Source: Verrucomicrobiota bacterium (GTDB lineage: Bacteria > Verrucomicrobiota > Verrucomicrobiia > Opitutales > Cerasicoccaceae). From it: a stretch of 64,000 nt of DNA. Both the position numbers and the translations under genes were made by a program. The DNA lies in the NCBI GenBank assembly GCA_039818205.1, contig JBCBUK010000014.1, forward strand, positions 53,192-117,191, read 5' to 3'. The notes under the pieces were generated by a model. It ran no database searches, had not been told where the DNA came from, and saw nothing but the letters and a program-made list of their open reading frames with translations. Within the stretch, counting starts at the first letter, position 1; each line of letters begins with the position of its first letter. This document shows, in pieces, positions 53,898 to 64,000 of the stretch.

Positions 53898-56384
53898 ATG
53901 AAACGCCTCTCAATATACCTTATGTTAAGCTCACTACTTATTGCGAATTCCGTCGGCGCGCGCTCGACCGATTTTAACGAGAACTGGCAGTTCCATCTCG
54001 GCGATGTTCCAGCTGCCAAAGAGCAATCATTCGACGATTCAAAATGGCGCACGCTGACTGTTCCCCATGATTGGAGTGTCGAGCTCTCGTTTACCCAGGA
54101 GAACGCTGGCGGATCAACTGCCTTTCTGCCCGGCGGCATCGGCTGGTATCGCAAATCATTCACACTCCCGGAGTCGGCAAAAAGCCAGGTTACCTGGGTC
54201 GAGTTTGATGCCATCTACAACAACGCCGAGGTTTGGATTAACGGACACAAGCTCGGCTTTCATCCGTATGGTTACACGCCCTTCAGCTACGACCTGACGC
54301 CCTACCTAAACTACGGTAACGACGCCAACGTGATCAGCGTGCGAGTCGACCGCAGCGCCTACCTCGACTGCCGGTGGTATCCCGGTTCCGGCATCTACCG
54401 CGATGTCAAATTAGTAACCGTACCGAAGGTTCACATCCCGCAATGGGGAACCTTCATCACGACTCCAGTGGCCCAAAAGGATCGCGCCGAAGTCTCTGTT
54501 CAAACCACCGTCGTAAACCAAGGCGGCCAGGAAGAATCCGTTGCACTGAAAACCACAATCGACGGGCAAACGGAAACCACCGAAATCGCACTCGCGCCGG
54601 GCAAAAAGGAAGTCATCACTCAGACTTTCGCGATTGAGAACCCGAAGCTTTGGGACACTGAAAACCCGAACCTTTACCTCGCGGAATCCACGCTCAGCAG
54701 TGGCGATTCCTACACCACCACCTTCGGCATTCGGGATATTCGCTACGACAAGGATCGGGGCTTCTTCCTGAACGGAGAGCGCACGGTGTTCAAAGGCGTC
54801 TGCCTCCACCACGACGGTGGCGCCGTGGGTGCGGCCGTACCCGCAGGAGTTTGGGAGCGCCGCCTCAAGGAACTCAAGGCCCTTGGCTGCAACGCAATTC
54901 GGACGGCCCACAATCCGCCAAGTGAGGAGTTTTTGGATCTGTGCGACCAGATGGGCTTCTTAGTACAAGACGAAATCTTTGACGAATGGGACTATCCCAA
55001 GGACAAGCGTCACAACTACAAGGAAGTCGCTAAGTCTGAGGAAACCGAAGGTTACACCCGCTACTTCCGCGAATGGGAAAAGAAAGACACCGACGCTATG
55101 ATGCTGCGCGACCGCAATCATCCATCGATCGTTATGTGGTGCGTCGGCAACGAAATCGAATGGACCTACCCAGGCTATGGCGACGCGACAGGCTATTGGA
55201 GTAAGGACAACGATGCGGACTACTATCTGCATGAGCCGCCTTATGACGATGAAAAGCGCCGCAAGCTCTTTGACGAAGCCGATCGCGGTGAGTACGAGCT
55301 GGCCGAAACCGCCGAACGACTCGTTAGCTATGTTCGCGCCCTGGATACAACCCGCCCAGTCACCTCCAACATGGTGATGCCAACCGTTTCCCAGTTCACA
55401 GGATATGCTGAGTTGCTGGATTTCGATGGCTACAGCTATCGCCAGGCAGTTTATGAATATGGTCGGGAACGCAGCCCGGACAGACTGATCATTGGCACCG
55501 AAAACTGGGCTCAGTGGAGCGAATGGAAACCCGTCCTCGACCACGATTGGATGGCCGGAATCTTTATCTGGACCGGTATTTCATATCTGGGCGAAGCGCG
55601 GGAATGGCCGCAGAAAGCCAACACGTCCGGGATGATTGACATCGCTGGATTCTGGAATCCCAAAGCCTACTATTTCCAGAGCCTATGGACCGAGGAGCCC
55701 ATGGTAAAAATCACCAGTATGCCCTTGGCTGAGTCGAACTACCTGGTCGATGACGCCGGTGGCATCGTCGAAAACAAAGACAAGCCGCGTGAGCCGTATT
55801 GGGGTTGGCCAGACCTCGTCGAACATTGGAACCACTCAGACAGCGAAGACGTCTACGTGGAAGTCTACTCCAACGCCGAAACCGTAGAACTCTTCCTCGA
55901 CGGCAAGTCATTGGGCGAGCATACGATATCCGATCACGAGGATCGCATTTTTCGCTGGGTCGTTCCTTTCAAAGCCGGGGAGCTCAAGGCGGTTGCTCGC
56001 AAGAGTGGGAAAATTGTCTCCGAAGCGATCATTGAAACCGCAGGGAAACCTGCAGGCATCCAGATCACTCGTTATGAAGACAAGATGGATGCCGACCACC
56101 GGGATGTCGCCCATGTTATCGCGCAGCTCGTCGATAGCAAAGGCCGTCCCGTGCGCCACGAGGAAGCAACGGTCCACTTCGATATTGAAGGCGATGCGCG
56201 AAACATCGGTGTCGACAACGGCAGCTCATTCAGCGTGCAGGATTTCAAAGCAGATCAGGTGACCACGGATCAAGGCCGCTGCCTGTTAATCGTCCAATCC
56301 GGCAATAAACCGGGAGACATCACTGTCTCCGCAAAAGGCGACGGCCTCGGCCGGGAAAGCATCACGATTCCTCAGGGTGGGTAG
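53898..56384 (+). CDS. Secreted GH2 glycoside hydrolase (beta-galactosidase-like)
   Basis: ATG 53898 gives a signal peptide. VPHDWS, RWYPGSGIYR, KGVCLHHD, RTAHNPP, RDRNHPSIVMWCVGNE, GTEN. Confidence 0.93.
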   Translation: MKRLSIYLMLSSLLIANSVGARSTDFNENWQFHLGDVPAAKEQSFDDSKWRTLTVPHDWSVELSFTQENAGGSTAFLPGGIGWYRKSFTLPESAKSQVTWVEFDAIYNNAEVWINGHKLGFHPYGYTPFSYDLTPYLNYGNDANVISVRVDRSAYLDCRWYPGSGIYRDVKLVTVPKVHIPQWGTFITTPVAQKDRAEVSVQTTVVNQGGQEESVALKTTIDGQTETTEIALAPGKKEVITQTFAIENPKLWDTENPNLYLAESTLSSGDSYTTTFGIRDIRYDKDRGFFLNGERTVFKGVCLHHDGGAVGAAVPAGVWERRLKELKALGCNAIRTAHNPPSEEFLDLCDQMGFLVQDEIFDEWDYPKDKRHNYKEVAKSEETEGYTRYFREWEKKDTDAMMLRDRNHPSIVMWCVGNEIEWTYPGYGDATGYWSKDNDADYYLHEPPYDDEKRRKLFDEADRGEYELAETAERLVSYVRALDTTRPVTSNMVMPTVSQFTGYAELLDFDGYSYRQAVYEYGRERSPDRLIIGTENWAQWSEWKPVLDHDWMAGIFIWTGISYLGEAREWPQKANTSGMIDIAGFWNPKAYYFQSLWTEEPMVKITSMPLAESNYLVDDAGGIVENKDKPREPYWGWPDLVEHWNHSDSEDVYVEVYSNAETVELFLDGKSLGEHTISDHEDRIFRWVVPFKAGELKAVARKSGKIVSEAIIETAGKPAGIQITRYEDKMDADHRDVAHVIAQLVDSKGRPVRHEEATVHFDIEGDARNIGVDNGSSFSVQDFKADQVTTDQGRCLLIVQSGNKPGDITVSAKGDGLGRESITIPQGG

Positions 56385-56583
56385 ATCCCGCCCGGAATCG
56401 GGGAGCTTATTTCGATTGGCCCAATATCGGCTGAAATACATACTTAGATGCTCATCTTTGATACCTTGGCGCCTAAATGGGTGAAAGGAGTTGAATTTGG
56501 GCGACAAGGCGGCTCAGGATTCTTATCTTCTAGATTAAGAACTCGAATAACAGCCGTTTCATTTCCCCGATTTTTGGCCTCCC

Positions 56584-57459
56584 GTGTCAACCGAACGCTC
56601 ATCCGAATCCATATCCGAACCCGTCGCGATCAGCTCGCTGCGGAAATGCCGGGTAATCGTTAAACGTGACGATGATCCGCGCTACGAACTCGATCGAATC
56701 ATTGCGGAGGAACCCCTAAACATCCTCCTGAAATCGCTTGATTCTGCTCATTGCCAGCCATGGACAATGAGCATGTGGACGCCCGGTAACGGCCGCGAGT
56801 TCGTCCTTGGCCTTCTCTTTACCGAAGGATTGATCAGCCAGCCCAGTGACGTTCTGTCGATCGACTTCGTAACACCGAACGAAGCCGAGGTTACGCTGGT
56901 CGAGTTGCCCGCATTAGAACAAAACCGGAACGACCACCGACGGAGTTCGGCCTGTGGCGTTTGCGGCAAGGAATCCTTCGATGCACTGGACCTGTTTGGC
57001 CTGAAACCGGTCGAAGCAGGAAATCGCTTCCCCGACCTTGATCTCAATTCCCTGGGGTCGATGTTGAACAACAGCGAGAGCCTCTTTGCCCAAACCGGAG
57101 GAAGCCATGCCACGGCTTTGATTTCGCCGTATGGTGAGTGCCTCACGGTTATGGAAGACATTGGGCGGCACAACGCGGTCGACAAGGTCATTGGGCATGG
57201 CTTGGCCAATGACATTTCCTTTGATCACTGCGCAATCTTGCTCAGCAGCCGTATCGGCTACGAGATCGTCCACAAGGCCGCACGCGCCCAAGTCCCCATG
57301 ATCCTCGCAATGGGGGCTGCCTCGAGCCTGGCCGTTGAGATAGCGGAACGCCTCAATATCACGCTGGTGGGCTTCCTTGGCAAGAACCGCTACAACCTCT
57401 ACACCCATCCCGAACGCCTTTTAGAAACGCCCCCCAATCCGTCACCCATTGATCCATGA
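56584..57459 (+). CDS. fdhD: Formate dehydrogenase accessory sulfurtransferase
   Basis: EEPL, SSACGVCGK, FAQTGGSHA, EDIGRHNAVDK, SSR, SSLAVE. Confidence 0.93.
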   Translation: MSTERSSESISEPVAISSLRKCRVIVKRDDDPRYELDRIIAEEPLNILLKSLDSAHCQPWTMSMWTPGNGREFVLGLLFTEGLISQPSDVLSIDFVTPNEAEVTLVELPALEQNRNDHRRSSACGVCGKESFDALDLFGLKPVEAGNRFPDLDLNSLGSMLNNSESLFAQTGGSHATALISPYGECLTVMEDIGRHNAVDKVIGHGLANDISFDHCAILLSSRIGYEIVHKAARAQVPMILAMGAASSLAVEIAERLNITLVGFLGKNRYNLYTHPERLLETPPNPSPIDP

Positions 57460-59729
57460 GCACCGAACGCACACCGGAAGTCCTTGAACACTTAAAACTT
57501 TCCAAACCCAAAGACGTTGCTGGTGGCCGCAACGCCGTGATCAATTCGCTGAAGCACATCAAGCGGGAGACTGGGATGGCGAAAGGGGTTGGTGTGCTTA
57601 CCAACTTGAATCAGAAAGGCGGATACGATTGTCCATCCTGCGCCTGGCCCGATCCCGATGATCATCGGGCCGTAACCGAGTTTTGCGAGAACGGTGCGAA
57701 GGCGATCGCATCTGAAACCACCGCCAAACGCATTAAGCCAAACTTCTTTCAAGAGCATTCGATCGATGACCTGGGCAAGCAAACCGACCACTGGCATGAA
57801 CTGCAGGGACGCCTGACCGAACCCATGCACCTGGCTGACGGCGCAAAACACTATCAGCCCATTGGTTGGGATGAGGCGTTCGCATTAATCGCTGAAAAGC
57901 TGAATGCCCTCCCCGCTCCGGACGACGCCATCTTTTACACCTCGGGTCGCGCGAGCAATGAAGCGGCGTTTCTCTATCAGCTGTTCGCGCGTCAGTTCGG
58001 CACGAACAATTTGCCCGACTGCTCGAACATGTGCCACGAGTCGAGCGGCGTCGCGTTGAACCAAACAATCGGCATTGGCAAAGGAACGGTGAAGCTCGAG
58101 GACTTCGACCACGCAAAGGTCGTTTTAGTCATCGGACAAAACCCTGGCACCAATCACCCAAGAATGCTCAGCGCGCTGCAACAGTGCGTACGCAACGGAG
58201 GAAAGATCGTCGCAGTCAACCCGCTTAAAGAGGCCGGCCTTCTGGGATTTTCTCACCCTCAAGAAGTCACCGGAATGCTGGGCGCGCGCACGCCGCTCGC
58301 TTCGCATTATTTGCAGGTTAAACCAGGCGGGGACCACGCCCTGCTCAAAGCTTTCGCCAAGGGCCTTTTTGAAAAGAAGGGGTTGGACCAATCATTCATC
58401 GACGCCAATACCGCGCAGTTCGACGCCTACCAACAGTCACTTGAAGCCGAGAACTGGGAGCAGCTTTCCCATGCTTCTGGCATCGCAAAACCAGCGATCG
58501 ATGAGATCGTCGACCTCCTGGCCGCAACGGACAAAATCATTACTTGCTGGGCGATGGGCCTAACGCAGCATCGACGCGCCGTGGCCACGATCCAAGAGGT
58601 CGTCAACGTGCATCTTCTGCGTGGGGCCATTGGTAAAACTAGCGCGGGGCTTTGCCCGGTCCGCGGCCACAGCAATGTGCAAGGGGACCGTACGATGGGT
58701 ATTTTTGAAAAGATGCCCGATCACTTCCTCGACAAGCTGCGTGATGTATTCGAGTTCGAACCGCCGCGCAAACACGGGTTTGATACAGTTGAAGCAATCA
58801 AGGCCATGCATGAAAAGCCAGGCAAGGTCTTCATTGGGCTCGGAGGAAACTTTGCGTCCGCGACGCCTGACACCACTTATACCGCCGAGGCACTAAGAAA
58901 CTGCGAATTGACGGTTCACGTTTCAACAAAGCTCAATCGGTCCCATCTGGTCACCGGCAAACAGGCACTCATTCTGCCCTGCCTCGGCCGTAGTGAGATC
59001 GATGCGTCCGCAGGCAAGGAACAGTTTTTGACGGTCGAGAATTCGATGGGCGTTGTCCATTCTTCGCACGGCAAATTTCAGCCAGCCTCCCAACACCTAA
59101 AGAGCGAGCCCGCAATCATTGCCGGGATTGCCCAAGCGACCCTCGATGGGCGCAGCAGACTTCCCTGGCACACTTGGGGCGCGGACTACTCAGCCCTGCG
59201 GGACCAGATTGAACAAGTCATCCCAGGGTTCGATGATTACAATGAACGAGCTGCACAACCTGGCGGGTTCTACCTCCCAAACCACGCCCGTACGGGCGAC
59301 TTTTCATCGATTGGCGGTTCGGTTCCATTTTCGATCAATACCGTCCAAAGCATCGAGCTCGGCGAAGACCAGTTTGTGCTCATGACGATCCGCAGCCACG
59401 ATCAGTTCAATACCACGGTCTACGGCATGGACGATCGGTATCGCGGCATCCACGGCGAGCGCCGCATCATTTTGATGAATGAGGCAGACATGAAACGCTG
59501 CGGCGTCAGCCACGAGCAACCGGTTGACCTCACCAGCCATTTCAATGGCGAGACCCGCACGGCACCGCTATTCCTAGCACTCAAGTACGACATTCCTGAA
59601 GGCTCCGTCGCTGCCTACTTCCCGGAAGCCAACTTACTGGTGCCGATCAACGATACCGCCGAGCACAGCAATACGCCCGTATCTAAAGGCGTAGTCGTCA
59701 GCGTTGCACCGTACCAAGCCCAGCAGTAA
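57456..59729 (+). CDS. FdhF/YdeP-family molybdopterin oxidoreductase
   Basis: GYDCPSCAWPD, FCENGAKA, FYTSGRASNEAA, NNLPDCSNMCHE, RGHSNVQGDRTMG, RSHDQFNTT. ATGA overlap with fdhD. Confidence 0.93.
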   Translation: MSTERTPEVLEHLKLSKPKDVAGGRNAVINSLKHIKRETGMAKGVGVLTNLNQKGGYDCPSCAWPDPDDHRAVTEFCENGAKAIASETTAKRIKPNFFQEHSIDDLGKQTDHWHELQGRLTEPMHLADGAKHYQPIGWDEAFALIAEKLNALPAPDDAIFYTSGRASNEAAFLYQLFARQFGTNNLPDCSNMCHESSGVALNQTIGIGKGTVKLEDFDHAKVVLVIGQNPGTNHPRMLSALQQCVRNGGKIVAVNPLKEAGLLGFSHPQEVTGMLGARTPLASHYLQVKPGGDHALLKAFAKGLFEKKGLDQSFIDANTAQFDAYQQSLEAENWEQLSHASGIAKPAIDEIVDLLAATDKIITCWAMGLTQHRRAVATIQEVVNVHLLRGAIGKTSAGLCPVRGHSNVQGDRTMGIFEKMPDHFLDKLRDVFEFEPPRKHGFDTVEAIKAMHEKPGKVFIGLGGNFASATPDTTYTAEALRNCELTVHVSTKLNRSHLVTGKQALILPCLGRSEIDASAGKEQFLTVENSMGVVHSSHGKFQPASQHLKSEPAIIAGIAQATLDGRSRLPWHTWGADYSALRDQIEQVIPGFDDYNERAAQPGGFYLPNHARTGDFSSIGGSVPFSINTVQSIELGEDQFVLMTIRSHDQFNTTVYGMDDRYRGIHGERRIILMNEADMKRCGVSHEQPVDLTSHFNGETRTAPLFLALKYDIPEGSVAAYFPEANLLVPINDTAEHSNTPVSKGVVVSVAPYQAQQ

Positions 59730-59737
59730 CGGCTCGA

Positions 59738-60751
59738 TCAGCCCTTCACGTTGTATTTTCGGTACGGCTGTAGGTCCATTTCGTCGGCAACGTCGAGGAC
59801 CTTCTTGGCGATCTCCAGGCGATCGGTTTCGGATAATTGGGTGAACCGGCGCAGGAGCTCGGCGTTCTCTTTGACCTGCTCCGGATTCTCCATGCCGCTT
59901 ACCCAACTCGAAACCGGTAAGGAAAGCGTGAACCATTGATTCTCTTCCTTGGACAACCGATCCGGTACTACGGTTTTGCCATTCAACTTCGTCCGCAGTG
60001 CGTAGCCATCGTTCATCGTTTTCATGGCTAGCGACGCCACCCCTTGCTCCAACTCAACCGGAAGGACATTCTTAATGAAACTGTCCTGCGAGACAAAGTC
60101 GACCGGGTTCATTGGCATGAGCATCGCATTCATCGGCTGATCAGCGGTGACTTTCAATGCCTCCAACATGGCCGCGTTGCTGACATGGCCAGACACACCA
60201 AAATAACGCACCAGACCTTTCTCACGGGCCTGTTCAAACACGGCATACATCTCCGGAACCCGCTTCGCGGCATCTTCTGCGCTGACAACCGTATGCACCA
60301 TCCACAGGTCAATGTAATCCGTCTTCATCCGCTTGAGCGAAGTCTCGAGTTGGGTCATCGGATCTGGTTTCGGCGGTCGCGCCTCACACTTGCTCATGAT
60401 GAACACATCGTCGCGGTATTTCGGAGTCAGGTATTTGCCATACATCTCCTCAGACATGCCATCGTGATAATTATAAGCGGTGTCGAAAAACCGGATTCCC
60501 TCCTCCAGGGAGGCCTCGACCAAGGCCTCAGCCATCGGCTCACCGCTCTGCTTCACCGCCTTACCCAGGTGGTGTCCGCCCAATGCCAAAGCCGTTACGG
60601 GCTCACCCGAGGAACCCAGTACCCGAGTCGGAAGAATTTTTCCCAATCGATCGGATCCAGAGGTTGAAATTGGAGCCCCAACAAGTCTCTGCCCTATCGC
60701 TGTTGCCGCCGCACCCGTTACCATGTGGTTGAGAAATTTTCGCCGTTCCAT
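59738..60751 (-). CDS. Tat-exported aldo/keto reductase
   Basis: ERRKFL Tat motif, LGGHH, FFDTAYNY, MSK, SLKRMKTDYIDLWMVH, FGVSGH. Confidence 0.88.
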   Translation of the reverse strand: MERRKFLNHMVTGAAATAIGQRLVGAPISTSGSDRLGKILPTRVLGSSGEPVTALALGGHHLGKAVKQSGEPMAEALVEASLEEGIRFFDTAYNYHDGMSEEMYGKYLTPKYRDDVFIMSKCEARPPKPDPMTQLETSLKRMKTDYIDLWMVHTVVSAEDAAKRVPEMYAVFEQAREKGLVRYFGVSGHVSNAAMLEALKVTADQPMNAMLMPMNPVDFVSQDSFIKNVLPVELEQGVASLAMKTMNDGYALRTKLNGKTVVPDRLSKEENQWFTLSLPVSSWVSGMENPEQVKENAELLRRFTQLSETDRLEIAKKVLDVADEMDLQPYRKYNVKG

Positions 60752-60791
60752 GACGTCACCATTAATGATGGGCTTCGAGAACTCAACGAAA

Positions 60792-61241
60792 TTAGCTGGG
60801 GCTCGAGGATGTCGCTGACTCCTCGGGCAACTCCGGAGGCAGCACCCCGGGCTTATAAATCGCGTAGATATAGACGATGTTGAAAATCGCGACCGGGCTC
60901 AGATAAATCGAAAGTAGGTAGGGTATACTCGTGATCCAAAATAGCGCCTTGCTCCGAAACCGAAGGCATTTGTAAGCCACCAATACGCCGATGCCCAACA
61001 AGATCTGTGGAATCGCAACAGCATGCGCCAAACCGCCATCAAGGAACTGGTAGTAATACATCACCACGCCCAAGCCAAAACAAGGGACCAACACCAGATT
61101 CATTCCCAGGAAAAAGGACCCGTAACGAAAGCCTTGGGCACGCTCATTGACCGCAAAAATCACCCCAATAATCAGACCGAGCAGTAGACCTCCACTCGTG
61201 AGCCCGGCGCCCAGATACAACAATGTTTGATCCCCATCCAC
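60792..61241 (-). CDS. Hypothetical membrane protein
   Basis: 149-aa ORF with 4-5 hydrophobic segments filling the gap between the AKR gene and the tRNA. Confidence 0.6.
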   Translation of the reverse strand: MDGDQTLLYLGAGLTSGGLLLGLIIGVIFAVNERAQGFRYGSFFLGMNLVLVPCFGLGVVMYYYQFLDGGLAHAVAIPQILLGIGVLVAYKCLRFRSKALFWITSIPYLLSIYLSPVAIFNIVYIYAIYKPGVLPPELPEESATSSSPS

Positions 61242-61325
61242 TTCACCAATAAGGGCACGATATAATGACCCGACAAGTTCGAAATAGAACCCGGAACACG
61301 CAATGCAAATCGCATTATGAATAAG

Positions 61326-61400
<75 letters not shown>

Positions 61401-61639
61401 ATCTTTACGCAAAATTGCTCTGCGCTTTGCAATCTCAGAACCCTTAGTCGGAAATATTCGAGATCGAATAATGGCCGAGGGTTGGTCCCTTAATTTGCAA
61501 AGCGGGATGTATTACGCCTTGGGCCAGCAACCTGGCAAGCAAATTCGTTGAAGTTTAAAATCGAAATATCGAAAACTTGCAAAACGCCGCTGAAAGTCGA
61601 TCAAACAACAGGCGCCCTATTTCGATATGGCGGTCTGCT

Positions 61640-61981
61640 CACAGGTTCACATAACCGTAACAACAAGAAAAAGAGCCGCATCCGCGTCCAAGTCGAACAC
61701 GCCTTCGGACGAATCGCTCACCTCGGCGGAGACCGCTTCCGCCGTATCGGCAAACGACGATGTCGATTCGAAAAAGCACTAACCAACCTCACTTACAACC
61801 TCGACCGCTTCGCCATGTTCCATCGCCCGGCGTGAGCCTGAACACATGACGACAATCAACCAACAATTGCGATATAAAGCATCTCAGCAGAGCCTGCAAC
61901 GCCTGTTCAGGCAGCCCTATAGCGATCAAAATCGCTGATTAACATCACGGCCTTGAAAACACCACGTTGATCGAAGCGACC
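61640..61981 (+). mobile_element. IS5-family transposase C-terminal remnant with putative right end
   Basis: NKKKSRIRVQVEHAFG...FRRIG...LTNLTYNL is a DDE C-terminal motif (ORF ends 61835). TTGATCGAAGCGACC followed by TTA (61967-61981) resembles an IS5-type terminus. No N-terminal part seen. Confidence 0.7.
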
Positions 61982-62075
61982 TTACCTAAACCGTTCTTAA
62001 TCAAAACCAAATAAAGCAAAATAACGAGAACGTCCGGACAATCTCAAGGTAAACGAAAAACTGAATCGTTTTTAA

Positions 62076-62105
62076 TTGATGTCGAGAATCTGGCTCAGAT
62101 ATACT
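62076..62105 (+). promoter_or_regulatory. Candidate sigma70 promoter (TTGATG-N18-TATACT), possibly giving a leaderless mRNA
   Basis: The -10 hexamer ends 8 nt before ATG 62114 and no Shine-Dalgarno sequence is visible. Confidence 0.4.
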
Positions 62106-62113
62106 GTAGCAAA

Positions 62114-63685
62114 ATGAAGCATCTTTTTAAAGGTTTAACGTTTCTGGCGGCTTGTATTGCCCTATCCAATTCTTTCGCAGATCTCATGCCACAGGACTAC
62201 TGGGTAGAGAATTTTGATGCATACACCAACTCGTCCACTCAAGAAGAGTTTCGCGGTATCGATGAAGGGCCAGACGGATTACTCTACGTTGCGGCTCACA
62301 GCACTGCAAATTATCGGTGTTTTGTTGTCGTATTCGATCAGGACTTTAATGAACTGCGACGTTGGGGAGACTTTTCAGATATTCGCGGTATTGCAGTGAA
62401 TTCAAAGAATGAAGTCCACATACTTGACGTTGGCAGCCCGCAGAGAATACGAGTACACGATACCAATGGAAATCAGATCCGAGCTTTTGGCGACGTTGGT
62501 GACGGACTAGGCCAATTTGCAATCGAAACTTTAGTTCGAAGTGATTATACGGCACGTCGGACAGGCTTCGAGCGTCTGTGTATTGGTATGGATGACCTCG
62601 TCGTGGCCCTGGACCACGATGATTTCGAGGCGATTGCCTTCGACAACAACGGATCATTAGTCCGAACTTTTGGTTCACAAGGCCTCTTCGACGGCCAGTT
62701 TGAAGGACGCAATGGTTCGATAAATTTTGTCGGCGATATCGGATACGCAGTAGCATACAAATATCTTTCTAATAGCTTAAGAATTTCATACTGGAGCAAC
62801 GACTTCAACTACACCGGGATAGACGTCATTAGTCAGGATAGAAGTTATGACTATCCAGTCGTCGAGCATACAAGTGACCATGCTTTAGTTCTTCTGACCA
62901 CCCGAATTAGGCCTGATAACGTTCGGTTCTCGTTACTCAGTGCTGGCGTCTCCAGCACCATAAGCGGAATAGGTTCAGTTTTTGGGGTAGGTATGTGTAT
63001 CGTGTCCAATGACGATATAATCATCTCTGGCACCAAAGACCTCGTAAGGTTTTCCCGAACATATCTAGCTAGAAGTAAACCGCACAACTCTCAAAGTTTA
63101 CCCCTTCCGCGCATCATTTCAGTCCAACAACGACCTAACTCGACACTCATTGACATTGATTATCAGATCATTGATACTGATAGCGCTACGGTTGAGACTG
63201 CCTTACTCATCTACACCCCAACAACGGAATCGCTCGCCAACGCCATCGTTCCGGCGACTTTTGTGGAGGGAACCGAAACAAACCTCGGAGAAAACATCTC
63301 AACAAATGTCACCCATCGGATCACCTGGGATGCGGCTGCAGATCTTGATATCGATGTTGGCAACATTCAGGCAGAGGTTTTAGCTCAAGATGACCGCGGT
63401 CTTTACCCCTTCCATTGGGTAACCATTCCCGGTGACAGTGAGCCAGACTTGACGGTGAGCCAAGAGGCAATTCCTAGCGAAGAGTTCTATTTTCTTTGGC
63501 CATGGCTCGTTGCTACAGAATCGACCGATATCGAATTGGTTAACGGACAAATTGTCGGAGTTGGCGGAGAACATGATTCCGAGTTGCTTTACGACGGGAC
63601 CAGTACAACCGATGCCGGCCGTGCATTTCTGCTCAAACTGCTCAATGTCCAAACCTACTCTGGCGACGTCGTTCAGCCTTTGTAA
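62114..63685 (+). CDS. Secreted NHL-repeat/beta-propeller protein with C-terminal Ig-like domain
   Basis: Signal peptide, repeats GIDEGPDGLLYV, GIAVNSKNEVHI, FGDVGDGLGQF, FGSQGLFDGQF. C-terminal IDIDY...HRITWDA domain. Confidence 0.75.
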   Translation: MKHLFKGLTFLAACIALSNSFADLMPQDYWVENFDAYTNSSTQEEFRGIDEGPDGLLYVAAHSTANYRCFVVVFDQDFNELRRWGDFSDIRGIAVNSKNEVHILDVGSPQRIRVHDTNGNQIRAFGDVGDGLGQFAIETLVRSDYTARRTGFERLCIGMDDLVVALDHDDFEAIAFDNNGSLVRTFGSQGLFDGQFEGRNGSINFVGDIGYAVAYKYLSNSLRISYWSNDFNYTGIDVISQDRSYDYPVVEHTSDHALVLLTTRIRPDNVRFSLLSAGVSSTISGIGSVFGVGMCIVSNDDIIISGTKDLVRFSRTYLARSKPHNSQSLPLPRIISVQQRPNSTLIDIDYQIIDTDSATVETALLIYTPTTESLANAIVPATFVEGTETNLGENISTNVTHRITWDAAADLDIDVGNIQAEVLAQDDRGLYPFHWVTIPGDSEPDLTVSQEAIPSEEFYFLWPWLVATESTDIELVNGQIVGVGGEHDSELLYDGTSTTDAGRAFLLKLLNVQTYSGDVVQPL

Positions 63686-63693
63686 TCTGAGCT

Positions 63694-64000
63694 ATGTCTC
63701 GCTCCAACCACTGTATTCAACTGCTTCAGTTGACCGCGATTAAACTCTCGGTTGCGACTACCTGTGTTTGGGGCCAATCGATAGTACAGCTCACACAAGA
63801 GTCCTTTCCGGCTGGAATTGTTGATTCGGTCTCAGAGGTTACCTCAGGCACTCCCGTTACCACCCTTGAAGCTCCAGAGTTATCCAATAGCTACCGATTC
63901 TACGAATGGCAGCTAAACGGGATACGACAGGAGGATCATTTGGGGGTTTCACTCAACCCGTTCACGTTCAATATTCTCGAGCCGAAAACCGTTACCGCAT
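63694..64000 (+). CDS. Hypothetical secreted protein, 3'-truncated by window edge
   Basis: ATG 8 bp after the previous stop. Frame is open to the window end (MSRSNHCIQLLQLTAIKLSVATTCVWGQ...YRFYEWQLNG...). Absent from the ORF track because no stop falls in the window. Confidence 0.65.
   Translation, partial: MSRSNHCIQLLQLTAIKLSVATTCVWGQSIVQLTQESFPAGIVDSVSEVTSGTPVTTLEAPELSNSYRFYEWQLNGIRQEDHLGVSLNPFTFNILEPKTVTA

Overview
The window looks like a marine Verrucomicrobiota (Opitutae-like) chromosome segment. This is inferred from the PEP-CTERM proteins, an H-X9-DG pilin-like protein, an ECF sigma/FecR pair and PAS-AraC regulators. About 56 kb is one large carbohydrate-utilisation region with no SusC/SusD or TonB-dependent receptor in the window. 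It has three blocks. (1) 1-11.6 kb: ECF sigma, anti-sigma, a large modular secreted DUF5060-type protein, a GH86 beta-porphyranase/agarase-like enzyme and a Kelch protein. (2) 11.7-32.9 kb: a redox sugar-processing cluster with four Gfo/Idh/MocA oxidoreductases (three Tat-exported), three DUF1080 domains, two ThuA domains, a TIM-barrel epimerase, DoxX, ApbE, a TIGR03663-like membrane glycosyltransferase, NRAMP-like and MFS transporters, and an exported acetolactate decarboxylase, with ROK and two PAS-AraC regulators. (3) 33-56.4 kb: a probable L-galactose to tagaturonate to fructuronate route, an SSS transporter, two GH2, a GH43/117-like enzyme, GH16, two sulfatases, LacI, two PEP-CTERM proteins and a pilin-like protein. 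Block 3 is tied together by a recurring palindrome TTTACACGTGTAAA. The window ends with fdhD plus an FdhF/YdeP molybdoenzyme, a Tat aldo-keto reductase, a tRNA(CAT), an IS5-like remnant and AT-richer secreted-protein genes. A notable sequence anomaly is an in-frame TGA at a Trp-like position that splits a tandem DUF1080 gene. All family calls come from motif recognition by eye; no database searches were run.
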